Assembly: GCA_036172245.1 (NCBI GenBank)
Contig: JAYWIR010000007.1
Location: 3,658,001-3,722,000, forward strand
Source: Raillietiella orientalis
Lineage: Eukaryota
Length of the DNA: 64,000 nt
Direction of reading: 5' to 3'
Shown here: piece by piece, positions 50,301-62,300 of the stretch
Numbering within the stretch: the stretch's first letter is position 1
How the letters are laid out: each line of letters starts with the position of its first letter
Notes under the pieces: model-generated
Databases searched by the model: none
Told to the model about the DNA's origin: nothing
What the model saw: the letters and a program-made list of their open reading frames with translations, nothing else
Translations under genes and position numbers: made by a program

Positions 50301-53300
50301 CCATCGAGGTCATCGTTCTAGGTAGGTTTTCCCGAGGCGCGCTTGCTCCTCCAGACCTATACCTCCATGCATTTCTTAGACATTCCCTCCAAGCCTAGAG
50401 GACCCCTTAAAGTGGAGGACGTTCGAAAGGACGGCTGCAAAATCAAGTGGAAGAAGCCGGAAGATGATGGCGGCTTGCCGATTCAGGTTTGGGCGTCTCC
50501 TTTTCCCGGCTGGAGGGTGGGCTATTGGGCGAGATCCCCTTCAAAAGGCCAGACCCCTGGATAATATTTCAGAGTGGTCCACAGGATCTGGCTCTCCACG
50601 GGGTCTTCGAGATGCATTTCTTTTTCCCAAACTTTCGGTGTTTTTCTTGAATTTCCGGCGCCACGACCGCGTGCGCCGGAACTGGCTAGACGCCGGTTGC
50701 GACCACCGAGTCTTTCCTCATCCCCATTTCCAGACGTTACTCTCACCTTTCCGAGAAGCTCTCCTTTATGACGCAGCACAGAATCGCGAATCCACTTCTC
50801 ACCCCACACGCGGGGAAGAGAGCGCCTTGCATCCTCCTGTGTGCTCTCCGCACTGGCTTTGCGTATGGTGGGCATGCAGGTCCCAAAGCAGCCTTGAGGC
50901 CAAACTTCCACCGCCTTTCCAGTTCTATTCTCTAGTGGGGGGACATCTCAACAAAGGAGAGAGCAGGATTGCTCTTCCGGGTACAATAACCATCTTAGAA
51001 GCCTCTGAACTATTTTTGCTGCTGCTGCTGCTCATCCTCCACCCAAAGCATCCAAAGCTCATCTGACTCTCTTAGCATTACGAGATTGAGAAGCTCGACT
51101 TGAAGTCCGGGAAGTGGATCCGGGCTGCCAAGGTGCCAGCCAGCGAAGAGGAGGCACAAGTCAGCGGTCTGATCCCAGGAAGCGAATACCTGTTCCGCGT
51201 GGTGGCCGTGAACACGCAAGGGGACTCAGAACCCCTGGAGACTCAGTCCCCTGTTCTAGCCAAGGACCCCTATGGTAAGAGAAAGGGGTCGTGCGAGGGA
51301 CCTACCACTCCTGTTCCATTGAAGATCCTCCGAAAAAGCCGGGTAAGCCGAAGGTCATCGACTACGACAACTCAAGCGTTCGGCTGAAGTGGGATCCTCC
51401 CTCTGACGACGGAGGAGCTCCGATAGAGAAGTTTATCATAGAGAAGAAGGACCGGTAGGTGTCTTGGGGATGGAAGAGGGGAAAAGGGGAGAGGGAAAGG
51501 AAGGGCTGCTGCTCTTTTTTTAACACGGGCGGTTTTGTTTTCGAAGCTCGGACTGGGAGAAGGTGGCCGAGGTCCCCGCCGACGAAGTGGAAGCCACCAT
51601 AGGAGGCCTGAAGGAAGGCTCTGAGATTCAGTTCCGGGTGACGGCTGTAAACAAAGGGGGGGCGTCTTTGCCCTCTGATCCCACGGATTTGCACCTGGTC
51701 AAGCACAGGAAGTGTAAGCAAACTCCGCAGAAAGAGGGTCCTTACCGCCTAGTTTCCTCCTTTTCCTTCCCCTCAGTGAAGCCGTACATCGACCGCACCA
51801 ACCTGAAGGCCACCATGGTCAAGGCGGGCAAACCAATTCTTCTGGACGTCAATATCCGTGGAGAACCTCCTCCGAAAGTGACCTGGCTGCTTAATGGCAA
51901 GGAGGTGAGCGCAGAGAATGTTTACTCCGGGCGGCAGCGGGAGTGCTGTGGGGCGGGTGGTAACAGGAGCTTTTTCCTTCCGCTGCCGTTCGACCTCTCT
52001 TGTTCCCTACCTGACGAACCGCTGCAGATAACCGAGAAGGACACGGTCATTGAGAATGTGGACTACAACACCAAGATGAGCGTTCAAGAGACCACGCGGA
52101 AGCACTCGGGGCTGTACAAAATCATCGCGGTGAACGAGCACGGTCGGGATGAGGCGGAAGTTGACATCATCGTCCTGGGTGAGAGAGACCCTGCTCTTCC
52201 TTCCATGCCCCCTAGTTCACGGTTCCACCTGCAGGGGTCCCCAGCAAACCCAACGGTCCCCTCAAAGTCTCCGACGTCACGGCCAAGGACTGCAAGCTGG
52301 AGTGGAGCAAACCCGAGGACGACGGCGGCCAAGACATCGAAGGCTACGTCGTGGAGAAGCTGGAGAAAGGCACGAACCGCTGGGTTCCTGTCGGGCACGT
52401 GGACAAAAACACGACGGAGATGAAGGTCAAGGGCCTGAAGGAGAACGCAGGCTACCAGTTCCGCGTCCGGGCCAAGAACAAGGAAGGAGAGTCCCCGCCC
52501 TTGGAAAGCGACGGTTTCGTCACGGCCAAAAACCCTTACGGTGAGAACCCCTCCCCCTCGTGCGCGCCCGCTGACTCGTGCCCTCCTCTTTTCCCTCGTA
52601 GATCCCGCTGGAAAACCGGGGACCCCGGAAATCGTTGACTGGGATAAGGACCGGGTGAACCTAAAGTGGAAGCCTCCCCCCAGCGACGGAGGTGCGCCTA
52701 TCACCGGCTATGCAGTCGAGGCCAAGAACAAGATCAGTGGAGGCTGGAACGAAGTGCACAGGACGGAGGTGAGTCCTTCTCTCCCTCCTCCTATTCCTTT
52801 CCTCCTTCTTTTCGTCTGTACCTCCTTTCCCGAAGGAGAGTGCGCTCACGTCTTCTCTTTTCTCAAGGGCCCCGCTGCAGAAGCTGTGGTCCCCGGTCTG
52901 AAAGAGGGACAAACTTACCAGTTTCGAGTGGTCCCTATCAACAAGGCAGGTCCAGGAGAACCCTCCGATGCCAGCAAGGCCCACCTAATGAAGGCACGCT
53001 TCGGTGAGTTGCCCATCTTCGTTGCCTTTCCCCCCTCGCCCTTCCGCGAGACCCCTTCGCTAATGGATCCTCTGCGATGTGCTATGTCCAGCCAAGCCGA
53101 TCATCAACCGTGAAAAGTTGCATCCCGTCACCGTGCGCTCTGGGCTTCCGGTCAAGTTTGACGTGGACGTGCAGGGCGAGCCGCCACCCAGCATCTCGTG
53201 GTTTTTCGAGGGCTCTCCCGCGGAGGCCAGGGAGAACGCGAAGATTCAGAACGAGGACTACAACACCAAGATGACCATCAGCGAAGTCTCGAGGAAGGAT

Positions 53301-56300
53301 AGCGGCGTGTGGACGATTCGAGCAGAGAACTCATCTGGAATCGACGAGGCGACGGTCAAGATCACCGTGCTAGGTAAAGGGGGCCAAAGGAAGGAAGCGC
53401 CTCCCTGCTAAAGCTACCTCTTATTCCTCTCACTTCTCTTGCAGCGAAGCCCTCTGCACCTCAGGGGCCCCTGGAAGTGGCTGATGTCCACAAGGAAGGT
53501 TGCGTGGTCCGATGGAACAAGCCAGAAGACGATGGAGGCCTCCCCATAGAAGGGTACGTTCTTGAGAAGATGGACACCGCCACTGGGAAGTGGCTCCCTG
53601 CGGGCAAGGCGGGGCCCAATGGCCGCGAACTTCAAGTGAAAAACCTGGAACCCGGGAAGAAGTACCACTTTCGGGTCAAAGCTGTCAACGAGGAGGGAGA
53701 CTCGGAACCCTTGACAACCGATACTCCCATCACGGCTAAGAATCCTTACGGTACGTGGTCTTCTTCCCAATTTTTCCGGGACGACGTTCTTTTCCCTTCC
53801 CGCTTCGTCCTCGTTTCTTTCCTCATTCCCTTATGTCCGTCGCTTCGGGGGCTCCTCCAAGAGGAGGATAGCAGAGAGAAGTACGAGATCCGTTGCAGCT
53901 CCGTGGTTTGGAGGGACTACCAGGATCGGCGTCGTGGTGGTTCTATTGCCCCCTATCGACCCTAGGACGCAAGAACTTTGGCGCCATCACCCCTTCCCCC
54001 TCCTCTTGCTCCGATGTAGGATGGATAGAGGAGCAAGGATTCGTATTTCCGTCCTCTTTCCTTCTACCAAAGCACGCGCCGTCTCCTCTTTCCCGGAAGT
54101 GAGGCAAAAGGGAAGGAAGGCGCTGACGGCACACCTTCGAACCCACCAAAATTTCTGGGAGAAACTCCGTGCCACTCGTCAGTGCTGGCGAATCGCGCAC
54201 CGGTGGAACCCTGTTCTAGGGGAGGGGGAATTCTCCCAGGCCATCCCGATTGTCTTACAGAAAACCGTGCGCACTCGGGGGATAACGGTAGGAGGAAGTG
54301 TTCCTCCCTCTCTCTCTTCCCCTCTTCTCTTTTCCCTCATCTGCATAAGATGCTCTTTTCCGAGGTTGGGGGGCAAAGAGTGAGAGGCAGGAAAAGATGG
54401 TGGATCCACAAGGAGTCTTGCAATAGGGAATGAAGCTCTTCAACCGCTTTCCTTCTTCCAGACGTTCCCGGGTCCCCGGGAGTCCCGGAGATCAGTGACT
54501 GGAACGAGAAAATGGTGAAACTGAAATGGGATCCTCCTCTCAAGGATGGTGGGGCTCCTATCACGGGTGAGCGGAGAAAGAGGGCTGCCCGCTGTCTGCG
54601 GAAGCGCGAAGTGGGGAGTCCCGGGAAGATACGCCGGCTTTTCCTCCTCTTCCTCCTCTCCCCCATCAGGCTACATCATCGAGGCGTGTGACAAGTACGG
54701 CAGCGCCTTCCGGAAGGTCGCCGAGGTGCCTGCGGACCGGTGCGAAGGGGAGGTGCCGCATCTGCAGGAAGGAAACAAGTACAAGTTTCGGGTGCGCGCA
54801 GTGAACAAGGCCGGTCCCGGGGAACCGGGTGAGGAGACCGGCTGGCACGTCGCTAAACCCCGCTTCGGTGAGTGTTCTCTTCTCTCCCTCTCCCTTTTCC
54901 ATTCCCCTCACGCGTCCGCCGCCTCCTCCTTCTCCTTCCAGTGAAGCCGCACATCGACCGCGCCAATCTGCAGCCCATCACCGTAAAGGTCGGTCTTCCT
55001 GTGGCTCTGGACGTCAACGTCATCGGGGAGCCAGCGCCCTTAGTCGAGTGGAGCTTCGGGAAGCCAAAAGTGGAGAACGTGAGTGTGCTGACGTTACCGT
55101 CCTCCTACCGTCGGAGGGTGGAGGATCAGCGGCACTTTCATCTTCCCTCGTCCTTCCTGCAGGTGCTGCTGCAGTCGTCGGATCGCCTGAGCATCGACAA
55201 CACGCCAAACAACACTAAGTTCACGCTTTTTCGGGCCACGAGGAAGGACTCTGGAGTGTACACCATCCGGGCTACCAACGAAGTGGGAGAGGACGAGGCC
55301 ACCGTGGAGATTGTAGTCATAGGTGACGTGTCTCTGGCCTTCTCTCTCACCTGCCTCACTTCCTCCTCTTTTCGGAAGGAGAAGAGGGAGTGGGAGAGTG
55401 CAGAGAATAGGCGTGATGAAGGAACGGAGGAACCAACATCTTTTCTCTCTCTTTACAGGCAAACCCGGACGTCCCCAAGGGCCTTTGGACGTCTCTGACG
55501 TGAAGAAGGACGGCTGCAAGCTGAACTGGAAGCCTCCAGAGGATGACGGAGGGTCTCCTATTGACTACTACGAGGTCGAGAAGATGGATACCTCCACCGG
55601 TACCCTGTTGCTCTATATACACTTTGAAAAGCGCTAAGGGGGGCATTTCAGGGAACTGGGTGCCTGCTGGCATCTTCGAGGAACCCTGCGCAGAGGTCTC
55701 AGGCCTCCAAGAGGGCAAGAGCTATCAATTCAGGGTGATGGCGGTCAACAGGGAAGGAGAGTCTGAGGAACTGCAGACCGACGAGCCGGTACTCGCCAAG
55801 AATCCCTTCGGTAAGCACTGCGGGAAAGCTAAGGGGAGTCAGGAGGGTCCGGATGGTGGCTTTCTCATCCCTTCCTTAAGACATTCCGGAGAAACCCTCT
55901 CCGCCCGAGGTCGTCGACTGGGACAGCGACCACGTGGATTTGCAGTGGAAGCCTCCAAAGGATGGAGGCGCTCCCATCGAGAAGTTCATCGTGCAGAAAC
56001 GCAAGAAGGGGCAGAGGGGGTGGACAGACGCTGCCACGGCTCCTGGAGACAGGTGAGCTCCTCTGCCTTCCTCATCTCCTCGGGGCATGAGGGAAGGGTG
56101 GTCTTTGGGACGATCACGCTCTTTTCTTCCCGAAGCACCCAGGTTCGCGTGGACGACCTCGTCGAGAACCAGGAATACGAGTTCCGGATCTTTGCGGTCA
56201 ACAAGGCGGGCGAGAGCGAGCCGTCCGCAGCCTCCGTCCCCGTGACTGCGAAGCCCCGTTTTCGTGAGTACCTCTCTCGACAACGGGTTCTCGCTCATCC

Positions 56301-59300
56301 TACCCCCCCCACCGTCCACTCTCATTCCAGTGGCGCCGAGGATAGACCGACGGAACCTGACTAAAAAGGTTCTCAAGGAGGGACACCATCTGAAGGTGGA
56401 CGCGGATATCGAAGGCGAGCCGACTCCAGACATCCACTGGTCCTTCGGCGGCGAGCCATTGAAGAACGAACGGTAAGACCTCGGGAAGGGCAGCACACGG
56501 GCCATCGGCTCCCGGAGAAAAGACTGACTCGGTTTCTCCCCTCCTTTTCCTTCCCCTCTCTCTCCTGGGAAGTGCAGCATCACCTGCTCCGACGAGGGCC
56601 ACCACGCGCAGCTCGTGCTCCGGAAGGCGGAGAGAGGAGATTCTGGGCGCTACCTGGTGACCGCCTCCAACGACTACGGGAAGGACGAGGCCGCGTTTGA
56701 CGTTGAAGTCATCGGTGGGTCATTTTTTTTTCTTCCTCTCTCTCTCTCTCTCTACTGCTATTCTTTCTCCTCTCTCCTCCTTGACTTCTGGCGAACCCCT
56801 GCAAATCTACGCTCTTCAGGGAAGCCGAGCAACCCGACGGGACCGCTGGAGGTGTCGGACGTGACGGCCAGCGGTGTGACACTCTCGTGGAAGGAGCCTG
56901 AGGACAACGGGGGCAAACCGGTGACCCACTACGTGGTCGAGAAGATGGACACAGAGACGGGTCGCTGGATCCCCGTATGCACGTGCAAAACTCCCGAGGC
57001 CAAGGTGGAGGGCCTGAACGAGGGCAAGGAGTATCAGTTCCGCGTGAGAGCCGTGAACGACGAAGGAGAGTCCGATGCCCTGCTGACCGACGGCCCCACG
57101 CTCATCAAGAACCCTTTCGGTGAGTCCTCGTTTTCCGGATGGAAGGGGCTGGGACTCACTCGTTCACATTTCCTTATCCAGACGAACCCCAGAAACCGGG
57201 AAAGCCCAAGGTCGTGGACTGGGACAGGAATTTCGTGCAGCTGAAGTGGACACCCCCAATCGAGGACGGAGGATCACCTATTACGTCCTACGTTCTGGAG
57301 AAAAAAGACAAGTTCAGGTGGGTGGTTCAGGGGGCAATCGGGTTGAATGGAGGACCCTCACTCTTTGCGGCAAAACATCTCCCTTCTCCTGTTCCCTCTC
57401 TCCCTGCTAATCCAGCGAATTTCACAAATAACGTCTTTTTTCTTCCATCTCTCAGCACCAAGTGGCAGAAGGCGGCTGAGATCATCGGAGACAAGTGCGA
57501 AGCCCGCATCCAGGACCTCATAGAGGGGGCTACCTACGAATTTCGGGTGAAAGCCGTCAACGCTGCGGGCCCTGGACCAGGGAGCGACCCCAGCGATCCT
57601 GTGCTGACCAAGCCAAGATTTGGTGAGTGATCCTCTCCTCCTCTTTTCTCTCCAGCCCTTCTTTTCCTGGGCGATTGTCCGAGTAAAGACCACCCGACTC
57701 TTTCTTCTCAGAGAGCCCCAAGATAGATCGCAGCCAGATGCGGCTCATCCACCTGAAGGTCAACCAGACTCTCCGGCTGGACATCAAGGTCATAGGGGAG
57801 CCTCCCCCAGAGAAGACATGGTCCAAGGGGAAGGAGCCTCTGACCAAGGCTCATGGGGTCAGTATCACATCCGTGGCTGCTGCTCTCTGTGAGGACCACT
57901 TCCGCTGTCGCACGGGACTCCCGTGCGATCGTGAGAAAGGAAGAAGGGAGTAGGGACGATGCATGCTCCCTGAGGAGCTACTGCGACCCCTCCCTTCTTC
58001 ATCGCGGAGAGCGTTTAGCTAGAGGATAAGGGTCCGCTCCAAGTACTCTCCCGGTCAGACGGCGAACACGATCTGCAAAGCTGGAGAGGATCTGGTAGCA
58101 GGGGTGATCCATGGCACGACTCGATCCCTTCCTGTCCCCCTTTTTTGTCTTCCCACTCGAATGTCGTAGCAACTGCAACCTTCCGCAGGCGGCAGCCTCT
58201 CCTCCTCTGTCCCAGGCAGAAAAACTCCGGAGTTTCATTTTGCGAGGAGCACGCAGCGCGAAAAATTGCCAGAGGTAAAGGTTCCGCATTCCCCGACCAT
58301 GCCTCATCCCTGGCTTCTGAAAACCTGGCTCGATGGCAGGGCATCTCTCCCCCTATCTCCCCTTCCACCTTACGACTCCCAAACCGACCGCGATCGAGAT
58401 GCCAGAGAGGAGCGAAAGGCAGGAACCGGAAAGGGAAGGGAAACGGGAGCACGGGGAGCCCTGACTGCACTATCACACTCCATGTGGGAAAATGGGGAAG
58501 CGCGGCTTCTCACTTGCTCCTCCGGGAGGGTTTTTGCTCAAGTGGACCTCTCGCCCTAGGTAGTGGTTGACAACGAGGATTACAAGACCCACTTCTACAT
58601 CCCCTCGGTGAAGAGGAGCCACTGCGGCACCTACACGCTGGTAGCGACCAACAAGTCCGGGAAGGACGAGGCCCGTCTGGAGCTCGTCATCACAGGTTTC
58701 CTCTTCCAGGCATTATACTTCGCGGCCTTTCACTGCAGAGGTTTCAGGGAAGCCAGATGCTCCTGGAGGACCCTTGGAGGTGTCCGACATGACTCCGAAC
58801 GGTTGCACGCTCTCCTGGAAAGAGCCCGAGGACGATGGTGGCTGCCTTATAAGCCACTACATGGTCGAGAAGATGGATCTGGAAACCGGTGCGTAAAGGA
58901 ATTTGGAGGAAGAGGAATGGAGTCCATAATCCCTTCTTTCTAGGACGATGGGTGCCCGTCGGGCGCTCCAAAGGTCCTCAGTTTGCAGTCAACGACTTAG
59001 AGCCGCACCATGACTACAAGTTCCGGGTGACCGCAGTGAACGCCGAAGGGGAGTCGGAACCCTTGGAAACGGAGCAGTTCCTAGAGGCCAGGAACCCCTT
59101 CGGTAATTCCGCGGTGACGACCACCGTTTCCTTCCCAGGGATCGAACTCCCACTGAGAAACGATACCTTCGGAAGGTGTCTTCCCTATCTTTGACCTTTC
59201 GATATCAGCAGGGGAACAGCTTCTTTCGGGAGTCGCCCTTGCAAGAAGAAAACAGAGTCGTCCTTGCAGCCAGTGCTAAAAGTGCCTCCAAGGAGCCTTC

Positions 59301-62300
59301 GTGGTAGCAGGGAGTGTCGGTGGTGACTGAGTTATCTCCCGTGGAAGGGAGATGACTCAGCATCTCCCGGCTGTTGGTGGGAAGAGGACGGAGTAATTGT
59401 TGCCCGAAATCCCCTCCCCGCATGTAACCCACCTTGCGTGCGCAGATGGAGTTGTGACAGTGGGAGCCGAAGGCTCCATTCCGACCCTCTGTTCACTCTG
59501 GTACCTCTGTGGCCTGCAGGCGTTCCTTGTCAGAATAGCTAATAAGAAGAACTCCCGTCTCCTGCTCAGTCTTTCTTCCGTTGTCTTCTTGCCCGGTCAC
59601 CACTATTCCTGCCATAGGCTTCTACACGTTCCCTTGGAATCGGAGTCTTCCCTTTCCCCCCGTCCCTTTCGCGGATGTCGTGGACCAAGCGCTCCCACTT
59701 CCACTAGTGCTGTGGTACAGGACCCATAAGTTCAGATCTCACCCTCCCGAGCAATCCTACCCATCTATCACATTGCTAGAAGCTTCCACTAGGCCGTGCG
59801 CAGTGTCGAGGGTCCCATCCCTCTTCCCCTTTCGTGGTAAAGAGTTCGGGGAGAAAATGGCGATTCGTTTCTGGAAGCGCTTCCGCTGCACTCCCCTCCC
59901 TCTTTCTTAGCAAACTCCCTCGCTGCCTACTGCCTTGGACCCCGGGGAGGGTTCTCTGAGAGCAACCTGGTGGTTTTTTGTCCCCAGGAAGCCACACTGC
60001 ATCGAAAGGGTTCGCGACTGCTAAGAGGTCCAGGAGAAATCCTCGTTTCTCGGGAGGGGCTGCTCGATCCGGCGGTGCTCGAAGCAGCCGGACCTGAAAG
60101 AGCATGATTGAAACGCTAGCGCGTTCGAATTGGGCTCAGGCTGACGCGCTCTCCGTTTCAGATGAACCAGATCAACCAGGAATCCCAGAGGCGGTCGACT
60201 GGGACAAGGACTTCGTCGAGCTCAAGTGGCAGCCCCCGCTGTCGGATGGTGGAGCCCCCATCACCGGATACGTGATCGAGAAGAAGGAGGTCGGCTCCAC
60301 AAAGTGGATCAAGGCAGCCGAGATCAAAGGTGTGAACTCCCTTCCGTCTTCCGGTCTCCCGGAGAACCTTTTTTTTTTTTCGGCAGAGAACAAGTGCCGG
60401 GGTGTCGTTCCTGATCTGCTCGAAGGAGAAACCTACGAGTTCCGCGTCAAGGCAGTCAACGATGCGGGCCCCGGGGCGCCTAGTGGGTCTAGCAAGCCCA
60501 TCGTCGTGAAGCCCAAGAGACGTGAGCATCCGGGGAAAGCACCCGCCTTTCACTCAACGGGGTAAAATTGCAGTGGCTCCCAAGATCGACCGCAAGAACC
60601 TGAAGGACATCACCGTGCACGCTGGGGAGCAGTTCCTGTTCGACGCTAAGGTCATCGGGGAACCTCCTCCAGAGATATCCTGGTCCCTGAACAAAATCCC
60701 CCTCCTGGACAGTAAGAACCTCACGATCGAAACGGCGAAGGGGCACACTGTGCTCGTGAACGAGTTCTGCTCCCGGTCGGACTCCGGGACCTACACGGTC
60801 TCCGCCATCAACATCCACGGAAGCGACTCGGTCGACGTGAAGGTCACAGTCCTAGGTAGGAAGAGAGGCTGCATGGAACCTTCTTCTCCTTATGGCATGC
60901 ATCCAGACAAACCCGAAAGGCCGGAGGGACCCCTCCAAGTATCCGATGTATCCAAGAACGGCTGCAACCTGAAGTGGAAGGCTCCCAAGGACAACGGAGG
61001 AGAACCCATCGACGCCTACATCGTGGAAGCACTGGACAAGGACACAGGTGACCTCCTTCCATGCTTCCCCTCGTGTGACCTTCTTTCCCTTCCTGCGCAG
61101 GAGTTTGGATGCCCTTGGGAAAAGTGAGGGAGCCGGAAATGCAAGTGAACGGCTTGGTTCCCGGACACGAGTACGATTTCCGGGTGAAAGCCGTGAATGC
61201 AGAAGGAGAATCCCCTCCTTTGGAAACAGAAGAATCAACTGTCGCTAAGGATCCCTACAGTGAGTGCTTGGATGGACGCTCATCGTTCCTCTCGGGCTCT
61301 CTGAGGAGCCGTCCACTTGCTGTTCCGTTGCTCACTTGCGTTGTTTCCTTTTGCCAGCGGTTCCTGACGCTCCTGGCATCCCTGTCGTCAGCGACTGGGA
61401 TCAAAAACACGCAGACCTAGAGTGGACGGCCCCTGAAAACGATGGAGGCTCTCCCATCTTAGGATACATCATAGAAAAGAAGGACAAATATAGGTGGGTT
61501 GCTCCTCTAGCCCGAAGGATTTCTATCAGGAATTTTGGCTTCGCCTCCATGCGGCGAAGAGTTTGTTTCATGCGCGCTACTACCGTCCCTCGCCTCCTCA
61601 CGCCATCTGAGCATCAGGGATGCTGCCTCTGAAGAGAGGTCAGAGCTGGCGACCACATCCTTCCTATTTCGGAGCGCCTTTTGTTTTCGAATCTTCGAAA
61701 GATTCCATCCTTCTCCCATTCGGAGGCGCAACATTGAAGGCGCATGGCTCAGATTTCGCTGATTTCGTACGATCCCTTTCTGGGCTCACCGCGTCGTCCG
61801 CGGGCAGATGCTGACGCTCTCATGCCGGGACCAATATGATGGCAGGAGAGAACTCGCTCCTGCCCATCACAGTTTTCCTGCGTCTCTGAGAATCACGCTT
61901 CGATCGCAAAGAGAACACCAGAGAGATCCGAGGATACAGCAGCCTTCTCTGTGGGATACCTCATCAAGCGCATCCGTTCACCCTGAATCTTGGAAGGACT
62001 TCTTTCTTTTGAGGTTTTCCGTGCTGACCGACCTTTTCAAGATTAGCTGGTTCAAAAGCCTTGATGACCACAAGGAGATATTAAAGAACGAGATAGCAGC
62101 AGCTGCTCCCTCCCTTTTCGGCTTCCTTCTTGGATGAATTGCATCGAGAGCCGATTGATGCCGTCTTCCTCGGCAGAGCTCAGAAGTGAACCTTGGAACG
62201 ACGGTCTTTGTAGGAGAAAAAGTAGCAACGCCATCCCGAAACGGTCCCTCTGTGGTGCATGGTATGGTTCGAGACTCAACCGCCTGGCTCTCTTCTGCTG

